This document shows positions 9,262 to 20,465 of a stretch of 64,000 bases of DNA, in pieces. The stretch covers positions 210,607-274,606 of the forward strand of contig CAVSKS010000002.1 in the NCBI GenBank assembly GCA_963728605.1, read 5' to 3'. This DNA is from an uncultured Chloroflexia bacterium (lineage in GTDB: Bacteria; Chloroflexota; Limnocylindria; Limnocylindrales; CSP1-4). Made by a program: the position numbers and the translations under genes. The notes below the pieces were generated by a model that was given only the letters and a program-made list of their open reading frames with translations, did not search any database and was not told the origin of the DNA. Position 1 is the stretch's first letter. Every line of letters begins with the position of its first letter.

Positions 9262-10623
9262 TCAGCCCTGCGCGTAGGTGCTCTGCTCGCCAAAGATCCT
9301 GATCGACAGCTCGGCAACCTTGGCCATGTCGAGGCGGAGGATGTAGATCCCGCCGGTGGTGCTCAACGGCGGATTGGTCGCGTACGGTGGTCCGAGGACG
9401 ACCTGGAGGACGCTGTCCGCATCCACCTGGGTCGCGAGGTCGATCATCTCTTCCAGCCGGTCGGTGGGGAAGTTCGTCCGGATCGAGTCGGCCGCCACGT
9501 CGAACAGGGCGGGGATCCGGACGAGCATCTGCGGGGTCGTCAGCTTCTGGCGGAGCGCCAGGAGGACCTGCTGCTGGCGGCGGGCCCGGTTGAAGTCGTT
9601 GTCGCCGGGGGTGAAGCGCGACCGGACGTAGGCCAGCGCGTTGCGGCCGTCGAGGGTATGGGTACCCGCCGCAAGGAAGAACCCCCGGCTGCCGTCCATC
9701 CAGTCGTACCGCGCGTCGGCGATCCGATTCTCGTTGACCACCGTGACCCCCCCGACCTCGTCGATCAGCCGCCGGAAGCCGGCCAGGTCCACCGCGGCGT
9801 AGTAGTCGATCGTCGTCCCGAGCAGGAAGCCCAGCTCCCGAACGAGGGTCCCCTGGGGGCCATCGGGGAAATCATCGGGATGGTGGCGAGCCCAGCTCAC
9901 CAGGGAGTTGATCTTGCCGCGATAGATCCGGCCGTCCCACAGCGGGAAGTCGGAGATGTCGCGGGGGAAGCTGACCAGGGCGATGTGCTTGGTCGTCGGG
10001 TCGATGCTGGCGACGAGGAGGGTGTCGGTGAGCTCGGTGGTCCGGTTCGTCGCCGAGTCGACGCCCATCAACAGGATGTTGATCCGGGGCGGGACCACCG
10101 GCGTGGGCGAGGGGGCCGGCGTGGGGTTGGCGCCATTCGACGGCCCCGGCGTCTGCGGCGGCGGGCTGGCGCTCGGCATCGGATCGGCCACGAAGATCGC
10201 CTGGGCCGCCTGGTAGCCGGCCCAGCCCACCCACGCGACCCAGGCGTGGGAAGCGACGATGACCAGGCTGAGGACGACGAGGAGCGCCGGCCGGCGACCA
10301 AGACGCCAGGCCCCAGGCGGCTCGGTGGCGCGTACGGCTTCGGCCATGGCGGCGAGCCGCCAGATTCCGAGGGCGATCGCGATCAGGGCGATGGTGATGG
10401 CGCTGTCCGGCTTGATGAACAGGACGGCGAACTGGCCGAGCCCTCGAACGGCGACCGCGAGGAAGGCGAGGGCGACGACCACGACCGGGATGGCGAAAGC
10501 GAGGGCGACCCGGGGACGGGCGATGTACCAGTGGCCCAGGCCCGGCCAGATGAATGACAGGAGGGCGACGATCGCCGGCGAACGCTCACGAGCAGCGCTG
10601 GTGACGGGGGCATCGGGGCTCAA
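9262..10623 (-). CDS. LCP (LytR-CpsA-Psr) family glycopolymer ligase
   Basis: N-terminal TMs; NILLMGVD, TDTL, SFPRD, KINS, ALAYVRSR and DFNRARRQQ motifs. Confidence 0.92.
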   Translation of the reverse strand: MSPDAPVTSAARERSPAIVALLSFIWPGLGHWYIARPRVALAFAIPVVVVALAFLAVAVRGLGQFAVLFIKPDSAITIALIAIALGIWRLAAMAEAVRATEPPGAWRLGRRPALLVVLSLVIVASHAWVAWVGWAGYQAAQAIFVADPMPSASPPPQTPGPSNGANPTPAPSPTPVVPPRINILLMGVDSATNRTTELTDTLLVASIDPTTKHIALVSFPRDISDFPLWDGRIYRGKINSLVSWARHHPDDFPDGPQGTLVRELGFLLGTTIDYYAAVDLAGFRRLIDEVGGVTVVNENRIADARYDWMDGSRGFFLAAGTHTLDGRNALAYVRSRFTPGDNDFNRARRQQQVLLALRQKLTTPQMLVRIPALFDVAADSIRTNFPTDRLEEMIDLATQVDADSVLQVVLGPPYATNPPLSTTGGIYILRLDMAKVAELSIRIFGEQSTYAQG

Positions 10624-10679
10624 GGCGCCGCGAAGAATACCACCTTGCCCGTTCAGGGCCGGTGCTCAAGAGCCCGGCC

Positions 10680-10701
10680 GAAAACCCCGACGGGCGAGGG
10701 G
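10680..10701 (-). terminator. Possible intrinsic terminator after the DUF3048 gene
   Basis: Minus strand CCCC-tcgcccgtc-GGGG-TTTT right after the stop; stem is short. Confidence 0.35.
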
Positions 10702-11892
10702 TCAGTCGGCGTGCGAAACCTTGGTTCCGAGCGGCACGATCTGGTAGAAGGTCCGGCCGCGGACCAGGGGCAGTTCCTTGCCATCCGCGTCGTACAGAAT
10801 CGTCGGCGAGGTCGCCGAGTCCTTTCGCCACGTGCCGAGGACGACGCGGCCCTCACGGTAGACCCAGGCCTTGCCCGTCCCGATCGATTCGACCACTGGT
10901 CGGGCGTGACCGGGCTCGATCTTCGTGTCGATCCGGAACTTCATGAACAGGACGACGACGTTGCGGGTCGTCACGCGCTTGCCGTCCGCCGGGTCCTTCT
11001 GCGCCTTGCCGTCGACGGACCGCAGGTAGAGGTTGGTCGCGCGATCGTAGGCATAGGTCACGAGGCCGGTCCTGTACGGGACCCGGATCGATCGCCCGGT
11101 CCCCCGGGCGTCGACCGGCGACTCGTCGATGAACTGGCGGCGGTAGGCGTCGACGGCGATCACATCCTCGGCCCCGCGGGCGACGACGGTCTTGCGGAGG
11201 GCCGCCGTGGACGTATAGGCGTTGTGCGGCGCGCGGCGGGTCGAGATCCGGTGATACGTCGGCTTGCCGAGGACGATGCCGTCCAGGCTCCAGATCACCC
11301 GGCCGTGGTTGGCGGACAACCAGCGGCGGGTCTTGCGGTCGCCGCCGTAGTGGCCGAAGGCCGCCCGCATCTCGGACGCCCACTCGGCAAGATAGATCCG
11401 GCCGCTCCGGACCGGTCCGATGTCGGAGCTGTCGGTCGGACCGTAGACGAACAGGTAGCGCGTCTCGCCACCGTCAGCCGGCGCCTGGTAGACGATGGCC
11501 GCGCCGTTGAAGCCGGACTGGGGCCGGGCTATCCGATTGTCGTCGATCGAGACGGCGATCGGCAGGCGGTTGGCAAGCGCGATCGGCACGAGCTGGCCGG
11601 TGAGGGGTGACTCGGCCTGCGTCGGGGGCGCGACGCTGGGCGACGGCACCGGCATGGGCGAGGGCGTGGGCCGGGGGGTCGGGGTCGGCGTCGAAGTTGG
11701 TACGGCGGTCGGCGACGGGCTGGGGACGAGTGCCGCGGCCCCCGGCGCAGCGGGCATGAGCGCCGAGACGGCCACGACGCCGAACACCAGCACGATCGCC
11801 AATCCCACGGCCGCGAGTGCCGCCGTCCTGCGTCGAATCAAGTTCCAGTACCTCCTGCCCGCGCCCTTGGACGCCCTCGTCCGGGGAGGCAT
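10702..11892 (-). CDS. DUF3048 (YerB-like) membrane-anchored protein
   Basis: SPLTG, IDDNRIARPQSG, GPVRSGR and RAPHNAY motifs; Pro/Thr linker; start uncertain. Confidence 0.85.
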   Translation of the reverse strand: MPPRTRASKGAGRRYWNLIRRRTAALAAVGLAIVLVFGVVAVSALMPAAPGAAALVPSPSPTAVPTSTPTPTPRPTPSPMPVPSPSVAPPTQAESPLTGQLVPIALANRLPIAVSIDDNRIARPQSGFNGAAIVYQAPADGGETRYLFVYGPTDSSDIGPVRSGRIYLAEWASEMRAAFGHYGGDRKTRRWLSANHGRVIWSLDGIVLGKPTYHRISTRRAPHNAYTSTAALRKTVVARGAEDVIAVDAYRRQFIDESPVDARGTGRSIRVPYRTGLVTYAYDRATNLYLRSVDGKAQKDPADGKRVTTRNVVVLFMKFRIDTKIEPGHARPVVESIGTGKAWVYREGRVVLGTWRKDSATSPTILYDADGKELPLVRGRTFYQIVPLGTKVSHAD

Positions 11893-11990
11893 GTTGGCTG
11901 ACGAACCAGGCGGCAGCATATCCCCCAATGGTCCCGGAGTACCCCTCACTCCACCACCTGCCGCCGGCCGCCAATGCTAGGCTCTGCGGC

Positions 11991-13355
11991 GTGGAAGTCC
12001 AGCCCTCCCGCCGCGTGGTCGTCGTCGGCGCAGGCTACGTGGGCCTGGTCACCGCCGTCGGCCTGACCGAGCTGAATGACTCGGTCCACGTCGTCGAAAC
12101 GAGGCCCGATCGCCTCGACGAGATCCGCGCCGGGCGGTCGCCCATCTTCGAGGAAGGCCTCGAGCCGGCGCTGGCCGCGGCGGTCGCCGACGGTCGGCTG
12201 ACCGCATCGGATGCCGTCCCCCATGACGGCAAGGCCTTCCTGATCTGCGTCGGTACGCCGATCCTGCCCAACGGCCGGAGCGACCTGAGCCAGCTGCAGC
12301 GAGCGCTCGAGGACCTGCCCGCGAGCCTCTCGCCGACGACCCCGATCGTCATCCGGAGCACGATGCCACCGGGGTCGACCCGGGCCGCCGTCGGGTGGAC
12401 GAGCCTGTCGACGAGCCGGGTGTTCACGAACCCGGAATTCCTGCGCCAGGGATCGGCGCTGGCGGACTTCCGACGCCCGGCCCGAATCGTGATCGGCCGC
12501 TTCCCGGACGCCGACCCGGCTGCCCAGGCCGTCGTCGAATCGCTGTACGCGGCAATCGAGGCCCCGCGACTCTTCGTCGATGTCGCCGCCGCGGAGCTGA
12601 TCAAGAACGGCGCCAATGCCTTCCTCGCCCTGAAGCTGTCCTTCACCAACGAGCTGGCCTCGCTGGCCGAGGAGTACGGGACCGACGTCGACGACGTCCT
12701 GGCCGGCATCGCCCTCGACCCAAGGATTGGATCGCAATACATGCGGCCGAGCTTCGGATTCGGCGGAAGCTGCCTGCCCAAGGAGCTCCAGGCGCTGGCC
12801 GTCGCCGGCTCGACGCGAGGGTTGCCGATGGACGTGACGATCGCCGCGTCCGCCGCCAACGCGGCCCAGCAGTCGCGGTTCGCCGACCGCATCGACGCGA
12901 TCGTCGGCGGGGTCGCGGGCCGGACGATCGCGCTGCTGGGGCTGGCGTTCAAGGGCGGCACCGACGACATTCGCGATTCCCCGGCAATCGCCCTTGCGGA
13001 GCGCCTGCTCGACGCCGGCGCCACGATCCGGGCCCACGATCCGCAGGCGGCGCGGAACGCCTATCGAGCACTGCCGGCCCTGGTCATCGTGTCGTCACCC
13101 GACGAGGCCGCGGCCGGCGCGGACGCCCTGGTCGTCGCCACGGAGTGGCCGGAATATCGTGATCTCGACTGGGCCGCGATCCGGGCCCGGCTCCGCGTGC
13201 CGATCGTCATCGACGGCCGGCGTCTCCTCGATGGCGATGTCGTCGAGGCAGCCGGCCTGCGGTACGAGGCGGTCGGCCTGGGTCGGCCGGACCAGGTTCC
13301 GGTGCCGCGGCTCGAAGCGATGCCGGAAGGCAGCACTCGAGTCCGCCAGAGGTGA
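11991..13355 (+). CDS. ugd: UDP-glucose/GDP-mannose 6-dehydrogenase
   Basis: GAGYVG, CVGTP, NPEFLR, GFGGSCLPKE and GLAFK..TDD.R motifs. Confidence 0.93.
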   Translation: MEVQPSRRVVVVGAGYVGLVTAVGLTELNDSVHVVETRPDRLDEIRAGRSPIFEEGLEPALAAAVADGRLTASDAVPHDGKAFLICVGTPILPNGRSDLSQLQRALEDLPASLSPTTPIVIRSTMPPGSTRAAVGWTSLSTSRVFTNPEFLRQGSALADFRRPARIVIGRFPDADPAAQAVVESLYAAIEAPRLFVDVAAAELIKNGANAFLALKLSFTNELASLAEEYGTDVDDVLAGIALDPRIGSQYMRPSFGFGGSCLPKELQALAVAGSTRGLPMDVTIAASAANAAQQSRFADRIDAIVGGVAGRTIALLGLAFKGGTDDIRDSPAIALAERLLDAGATIRAHDPQAARNAYRALPALVIVSSPDEAAAGADALVVATEWPEYRDLDWAAIRARLRVPIVIDGRRLLDGDVVEAAGLRYEAVGLGRPDQVPVPRLEAMPEGSTRVRQR

Positions 13356-13416
13356 CGGGTAAACGCTCAATTCCGTTAGGCTCGCTCGGGCCGAAGTCAT
13401 TCATGGGAGGTGCGGG

Positions 13417-14736
13417 ATGATCCAGTCCGGACGAACGCGGCGCGGGCTTGTCCTGCTCCTGGTGGCAGTCGTGCTGACCGTCGTGGGAACGGCGAGCGTG
13501 GCCGCCTGGGATGGGTCGAGGGCACCGTCCGCCCGAGCCGAGGGGCCACAGGTCGCCGGCGAGCTGGCCGGCCAGCCGGGTCCGTTCGGAACGGTTCCGT
13601 CCGGGACGGTCGGCGTCGCATCGGCGCTGGGCTACTTCAGCGAGGCGCCCTGCCCGTGTTTCGCCTGGGTCGTCGGCGAGGTCATCAACCTGATGTCGAC
13701 GCGGCGCGTCGGCGTGTCGGTCACGGTCACCTTCTATGACGGCAACGACGTCGTCCAGGGCACGGCAGAGGTACCGGTCTACCTCGAGCGGCTGGCCCCG
13801 GGTTCGGTGTCGCCGTTCCTGGTCGAAGTGCAGGGCACACCCGACGACACCTGGACGTACCTCCTCACGGTCGATCCCGGCACAGCGGCAACCCAGGTGG
13901 GCGGCGGCCTCCGGGTGACCCAGGGCGCGACCACCTCCGGCAGCGGCCTGGTGCAGTACCACGGCACGGTGACCAATCCGAACCCGTTCCCGGTGGAGTT
14001 CGTCGACGCCAACGTCACCCTGTACGACTCGGCCGGCGACGTGATCGACGTCTGGTGGGCGTACACCGAACCGGATGTCATCCCCGCATTCGGCAGCGGG
14101 GACTACACGGTCGAGTTCTTCATCCCGGCGGGCGGCCTGGGCGCGATCGCGCGCGTCGGCGTGACGTCGCAGGGCTGGCGCGAGGCAACGGAGACCTACG
14201 TCACCTCGTGGGACAACTACTTCGACGACACCGGCACGAGCATCTACCGGAAGGACATCATCTGGCTGGCCGAGAACGGCATCACCAGCGGTTGCGCCGC
14301 CGGCAAGTACTGCCCCACGAACAACGTCCGGCGTGACGAGATGGCGTCATTCCTGTCGCGGGCGCTGGGCCTCACCGGCACCCCGCCCGACGCGTTCGTC
14401 GATGACAACGGCACCACCCACGAGCTCAACATCAACAGGATCAGGGCCGCCGGGATCACGACCGGCTGCAACATCCCGCAGCAGCTCTATTGCCCCGCCA
14501 ACAACGTCCGTCGCGACGAGATGGCGTCATTCCTGTCGCGGTCGCTCGAGCTCACCGGCACCCAGCCCAACGCGTTCGTCGACGACAACGGCAACACCCA
14601 CGAGATCAACATCAACCGGATCGCGGCGGCCGGCATCACCAACGGCTGCAACGTTCCGGCGCAGCTGTACTGCCCAACCGATTTCGTGACCCGGGGCCAG
14701 ATGGCGGCGTTCCTCCGGCGAGCATTCGAGGACTGA
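13417..14736 (+). CDS. Secreted S-layer homology (SLH) domain protein with two N-terminal beta-rich (FxLYD-like) domains
   Basis: Signal peptide; TFYD and TLYD domains; three C-terminal repeats F.DD...I...GIT.GC....YCP...V.R..MA.FL.R. Confidence 0.85.
   Translation: MIQSGRTRRGLVLLLVAVVLTVVGTASVAAWDGSRAPSARAEGPQVAGELAGQPGPFGTVPSGTVGVASALGYFSEAPCPCFAWVVGEVINLMSTRRVGVSVTVTFYDGNDVVQGTAEVPVYLERLAPGSVSPFLVEVQGTPDDTWTYLLTVDPGTAATQVGGGLRVTQGATTSGSGLVQYHGTVTNPNPFPVEFVDANVTLYDSAGDVIDVWWAYTEPDVIPAFGSGDYTVEFFIPAGGLGAIARVGVTSQGWREATETYVTSWDNYFDDTGTSIYRKDIIWLAENGITSGCAAGKYCPTNNVRRDEMASFLSRALGLTGTPPDAFVDDNGTTHELNINRIRAAGITTGCNIPQQLYCPANNVRRDEMASFLSRSLELTGTQPNAFVDDNGNTHEININRIAAAGITNGCNVPAQLYCPTDFVTRGQMAAFLRRAFED
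14305..14670 (+). repeat. Intragenic ~180-bp tandem repeat encoding SLH units
   Basis: GACGAGATGGCGTCATTCCTGTCGCGG recurs at 14335 and 14515; CGCGTTCGTCGA.GACAACGGCA.CACCCACGAG also recurs 180 bp apart. Confidence 0.85.
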
Positions 14737-14844
14737 TCGGACCGGCGTCCGGGGAGGGACCAGCGGCGACGGCCCAGGGAGCCCCGTGACCGGCGTGGTA
14801 CCTTGCGCTCGCGAGCGCGCATCGGAGCTCGCCTGGAGGAGCGT

Positions 14845-16248
14845 GTGATCCGCCGCCACATCACGACGTTGCGGCTCGGCCTGATGACGGCCGACGCATT
14901 CGCCGCAGGGGGCCTGTTCGTCGCCCTCTCGATCATCCGATTCGGCAGCGACTGGGTCCGGACGTGGGAGATCGCCGGGGTCGATGCGACGCAGGCGGCC
15001 CTCGTCTATGCCGTCGCCTGGCCGTTCCTGTTGTGGGTGTCGGGGCTGTACCGGCTCCGGAGCCGGTGGTCGGTCCGGTCGGAACTGGTGGACCTGCTCC
15101 GGGCGGGGGCCCTCCTCGCCTTCGTCTCGTTCGCCCTCCTGTTCCTGCTCAAGCTGCCGGACGTCAGCCGCCTGTTCCTGGTGCTGCTGTTCCCGGCCCA
15201 GGTCATCCTCACCCTGCTGTCGCGGTTCGTGCTGCGCCGGATCTTCGCCAAGATCCGGCAGCGCGGCCACAACACCCGCTACCTGCTCGTCGTTGGCACC
15301 GCGGCCCCGGCGATCGCGTTTGCCGAGCGCGTCGAGCGGCACCGTGATCTGGGCCTGCGGGTGGTCGGCATGCTGTCGCTCAAGCCCGGACCGGCGGTGA
15401 TTTCCGGCCGGCCCGTGCTCGGAACGGTGGACGACATCGAGGACATCCTCCACAAGACGATCGTCGACGAAGTCGCCATCTGCCTCCCGCCCACCTCGCT
15501 CCACCTGGTCGAACCCATCACCCGCCTGTGCGAGGAAGAGGGTCGGGTCGTCCGCATCCCGCTCGACACGCTGGGCCCGCTGACCGGCGGGCGGGTGGAG
15601 GAGTTCGACGGGATCCCGGTGATGTCCTTCGTCTATGGGCCGGACCGGGTCCTCGGGCTCGTCGCGAAGCGGCTGCTCGACATCGGCATCGCGGCCACGG
15701 CGCTCGTCGTCCTGAGCCCGGTCTTCGTTGCGATCGCGCTCTGGATACGGGCGCTCGACGGGTCGCCGGTCCTGTTCCGCCAGACCCGCATCGGTCTCCA
15801 CGGGCGACCATTCCGGGCCTTCAAGTTCCGGACGATGGTCCCTGACGCGGAGGCCCAGCTGCGCGAGCTCGAGGAGCTCAACGAGGTCCGCGGCCACGCC
15901 TTCAAGGTGACGAACGATCCCCGCCTGTCGCGGACCGGTCGCTGGCTGCGACGGACCAGCCTCGACGAGCTGCCACAGCTGTGGAACGTGCTGGTCGGGT
16001 CGATGAGCATCGTCGGGCCGCGGCCGCCGCTGCCGCGGGAGGTCGCCGGCTACGACGTCTGGCATCGCCGGCGGCTGTCGATGACCCCCGGGATCACCGG
16101 CCTGTGGCAGGTCTCGGCCCGCGACGAGCAGGACTTCGACCGCTGGGTCGAGATCGACCTCGACTACATCGACCGCTGGTCGCTGTGGCTCGACCTCAAG
16201 ATCATCGCTCGAACCATCCCGGCCATGGTCCTCCACCAAGGCAGGTGA
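14845..16248 (+). CDS. Priming polyprenyl-phosphate glycosylphosphotransferase (WcaJ/WbaP-like)
   Basis: KRLLDI, FKFRTM, DPR.S..GR.LRRTSLDELPQL.NV, MSIVGPRP and PGITGLWQV; GGAGGA SD. Confidence 0.93.
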   Translation: MIRRHITTLRLGLMTADAFAAGGLFVALSIIRFGSDWVRTWEIAGVDATQAALVYAVAWPFLLWVSGLYRLRSRWSVRSELVDLLRAGALLAFVSFALLFLLKLPDVSRLFLVLLFPAQVILTLLSRFVLRRIFAKIRQRGHNTRYLLVVGTAAPAIAFAERVERHRDLGLRVVGMLSLKPGPAVISGRPVLGTVDDIEDILHKTIVDEVAICLPPTSLHLVEPITRLCEEEGRVVRIPLDTLGPLTGGRVEEFDGIPVMSFVYGPDRVLGLVAKRLLDIGIAATALVVLSPVFVAIALWIRALDGSPVLFRQTRIGLHGRPFRAFKFRTMVPDAEAQLRELEELNEVRGHAFKVTNDPRLSRTGRWLRRTSLDELPQLWNVLVGSMSIVGPRPPLPREVAGYDVWHRRRLSMTPGITGLWQVSARDEQDFDRWVEIDLDYIDRWSLWLDLKIIARTIPAMVLHQGR

Positions 16249-16310
16249 CGGCGGCCATTCGGACCCGCTGACCGCCGCCTCGTACCTGTTCTGGTCGGGC
16301 CCGTCCGCGG

Positions 16311-17060
16311 TTACATCATCACCAGGCCGCCGTCGACGGCGAGCACCTGGCCGGTGATGAAGGCGGCCTCGTCGCTGACCAGGAAGGCAACCGCGTCGGC
16401 AATCTCGTCGACGGTCCCAAATCGACCAAGCGGAGTCCGGTCGGTGATCTGGGCCTGCAGGTCCGCCGGCAGGTCCTGGGTCAGCTCGGTCAGGACGAAG
16501 CCCGGCGCCACGGCGTTGCAGGTGATGCCACGGGACGCGAGCTCGCGGGCCGTCGCCTTCGTCAGGCCGATCAGCCCGGCCTTGGCCGCCGAGTAGTTCG
16601 CCTGGCCGGTCTGGCCGGCCTGGCCGGACACCGACGACATGTTGACGATCCGCCCGGACCGCGCCTTGAGCATCGGCCGGGTGACGGCCTTGATCGCGTA
16701 GAACGCGCCGAACAGGTTCGTCTCGAGCACGTCACGCCAGTTCTCGGGGCTCATCCGCATGATCAGGTCGTCGCGGGTGATACCGGCGTTGTTGACCAGG
16801 ATGTCGACCTTGCCGAACGCGTCCAGCGCGGCCTTGACGAGCGCTTCGGCCGCTTCCTGCTGGGTCGCGTCACCCTGGTGGGCGATCGCCGTCCGGCCGA
16901 GTGCCTCGACGTCGGCGGCGGTGGCCTTGGCTGCCGCCTCGTTGCCGCGGTAGCTGAAGCAGACGTCGGCACCCTGCCTGGCCAGCCGGAGCACGACGGC
17001 CCGGCCGATGCCCCGCGAGCCGCCGGTCACGACGGCACTCTTGCCCGAGAGATCGATCAC
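16311..17060 (-). CDS. fabG: 3-oxoacyl-ACP reductase
   Basis: TGGSRGIG, NNAGITRD, YSAAK; fab context. Confidence 0.95.
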   Translation of the reverse strand: MIDLSGKSAVVTGGSRGIGRAVVLRLARQGADVCFSYRGNEAAAKATAADVEALGRTAIAHQGDATQQEAAEALVKAALDAFGKVDILVNNAGITRDDLIMRMSPENWRDVLETNLFGAFYAIKAVTRPMLKARSGRIVNMSSVSGQAGQTGQANYSAAKAGLIGLTKATARELASRGITCNAVAPGFVLTELTQDLPADLQAQITDRTPLGRFGTVDEIADAVAFLVSDEAAFITGQVLAVDGGLVMM

Positions 17061-17076
17061 TGGAGCCTCCTCCTGG

Positions 17077-17484
17077 TCAGGCGCGCCGGATCACGACCGG
17101 AACGGTTCCTCGAAGCGAGTTCGGAATCTCCGCGACGCGGTCCACCTCGGCGATCAGGTCGTCGATCGCCTCCTCCGGAGCGTCCGCTTCGACGTCCACC
17201 ACGACGCTGATCGGCGTGGACGGGGCCCCACGGGCTGGAAAGTCGCCGTCGACCTCGACTGCCACGCGGCGCAGGGCGATGCCCAGCGACCCGGCCTCCC
17301 GATACAGGTCATTGGAGACGCAGGCAGCGATGGACAGGTACAGGAGCTGGCCGCCGCTGAAGCCATGCCCCCCGCCGCCCGCCGCGATCGGACGGTCGGC
17401 GACTAGCGTCAGCGGCCCGGCCGAGCCGAGGGCCGTCGGGCCGCCGTCGACGGTCACCATCTGGACCCGGTAGGCATCGGACAT
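17077..17484 (-). CDS. OsmC/Ohr-like protein
   Basis: DRP...GG.G.G.SGGQLL...IAAC; the second Cys appears absent (AEIPNSL). Confidence 0.75.
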   Translation of the reverse strand: MSDAYRVQMVTVDGGPTALGSAGPLTLVADRPIAAGGGGHGFSGGQLLYLSIAACVSNDLYREAGSLGIALRRVAVEVDGDFPARGAPSTPISVVVDVEADAPEEAIDDLIAEVDRVAEIPNSLRGTVPVVIRRA

Positions 17485-17500
17485 GCGAGCGGACGGCGCC

Positions 17501-18693
<1,193 letters not shown>

Positions 18694-18697
<4 letters not shown>

Positions 18698-19206
18698 AGC
18701 GGCTCGACCTCGATCAGTGGCTGCTTGGCCTTTACCAGCTGGCCGCTCTCGGCAACGACCCGGACCACCCGGCCGGCGAGGTCGCTCTTGATCTCGTTGA
18801 ACAGCTTCATCGCCTCGATCAGCCCGATGATCTGGCCTGTCGCCACCTCGCCACCGACCGTGACGTAGGGCGGTGATCCGGGCGCAGGCGAGGCGTAGTA
18901 GATCCCGGTCAGCGGGGCGAGGACGGCGGGCTTGGACGGCGGGGCGCCCGCCGGGGCCGCATCGGTCGCCGGCTCCGCGGGCGGTGCCGCCGCCGCCGGA
19001 GGTGCCTCGGCTGGCGCGATCGCCGCTGGCTTGCGCAGGACGAGGCCCGTACTACCGGCCTCGACCTCGAGCTCGGTGAGGTCGCTCCGATCGAGCAGGC
19101 TGGCAAGCCGGTCGATGAGGCCCAGTAGCGACGCGTCGCCGGCTTCGACGGGACCGGACCCCAAATCACCCGCGGCGGGACCGGGGCGTGTCCCCTCCTC
19201 GGTCAT
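18694..19206 (-). CDS. accB: Biotin carboxyl carrier protein
   Basis: IEAMKLFNEI biotinylation motif; Ala/Pro linker; ATGA overlap with fabF. Confidence 0.92.
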
Positions 19207-20465
19207 TCGTCCCACCGCCGGAAGACGAGGGCGGTGTTCTGCCCGCCGAACCCGAACGAGTTGGACATCGCCAGGCTGATGTCGCGGCGCCCGGCCTCGT
19301 TCGGGACCAGGTCGAGCCCCACGGCCGCGTCGTCGGGCCGCTCGAGGTTGATCGTGGGCGGAACGCACGAGGTCCGGATCGCCTGGATCGTGGCGATCGC
19401 CTCGATCGCCCCGGCCGCCCCCAGCGTGTGGCCGAGCATCGACTTGTTGGCGGTGACGGCGACCTTCGGTGCGTGGTCGCCGAAGATCGTCCGGATGGCC
19501 TGGATCTCGGCCTTGTCGCCCTCCGGCGTGGAGGTGGCGTGGGCATTGACGTGGTCGACCTCGTCGGCCCGGGCGCCGGCCTTCTCGAGGGCCCGGCGGG
19601 CCGCCCGGACGGCGCCGATGCCACCCGGGGCGGGCAGGGTGATGTGCGATGCGTCGGCCGTGGCCCCGTAGCCGACCAGCTCCGCCAGCGGCTCGGCGCC
19701 CCTTCGCTGGGCGCTGTCGAGCGTCTCCAGGACGAGGACACCCGAGCCCTCGCCGATCACGAAGCCGTCGCGGCCCTGGTCGAATGGCCGCGATGCGGCC
19801 TCCGGGTCGTCGTTGCGGGTCGACAGGGCACGCATCGCGCAGAAGCCGGCCACCAGCGCCTCGAAGATCCCCGCCTCGCTGCCCCCGGCGATCATGATCT
19901 CGGCGTCGCCCCGGCGGATCGTTTCCCACGCCTCGCCGATGGCATGACCGCCGGTCGCGCAGGCCGACACCGTCGTGAAGTTCGGACCGGTCATCCCGAA
20001 GCTGATCGCGATCTGGCCGGCGCCGATGTTGGGGATGCCCATCGGGATGAGGAACGGGCTCACGCGATCGGGACCCCGGCTGGCGTTGATCGTGATCCCC
20101 TCGACGAGCGTCCCCACGCCGCCCAGGCCGGTGCCCAGGATCACCCCGGTCCGCTCCGCGTCGGCGCCCTCGAGGCGCGCCGGCAGGCCAGCCTGGTCCA
20201 TCGCCTGGCGGGCGGCGATCAGGCCGAACAGGATGTAGCGATCGGTTCGCCGGAGGTCCTTCCGATCGAGGATGTGCGATGCGTCGACCTCGCGGACCTC
20301 ACCCGCCATCTGGGAGGTGAGTCGCGACGGGTCGAAGGCCTCGATTCGCCGGACCCCTGAGCGGCCGGCGACCAGGCTGTCCCAGGTGCTCGCCACGTCC
20401 GGCCCGAGGGCGGTGATCGCGCCCATGCCGGTAACCACGACGCGCGGCGTGCCGTTCCCGCTCAT
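19203..20465 (-). CDS. fabF: Beta-ketoacyl-ACP synthase II
   Basis: SACATG, NAHATST, KSMLGH, SNSFGFGGQN. Confidence 0.95.
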   Translation of the reverse strand: MSGNGTPRVVVTGMGAITALGPDVASTWDSLVAGRSGVRRIEAFDPSRLTSQMAGEVREVDASHILDRKDLRRTDRYILFGLIAARQAMDQAGLPARLEGADAERTGVILGTGLGGVGTLVEGITINASRGPDRVSPFLIPMGIPNIGAGQIAISFGMTGPNFTTVSACATGGHAIGEAWETIRRGDAEIMIAGGSEAGIFEALVAGFCAMRALSTRNDDPEAASRPFDQGRDGFVIGEGSGVLVLETLDSAQRRGAEPLAELVGYGATADASHITLPAPGGIGAVRAARRALEKAGARADEVDHVNAHATSTPEGDKAEIQAIRTIFGDHAPKVAVTANKSMLGHTLGAAGAIEAIATIQAIRTSCVPPTINLERPDDAAVGLDLVPNEAGRRDISLAMSNSFGFGGQNTALVFRRWDE

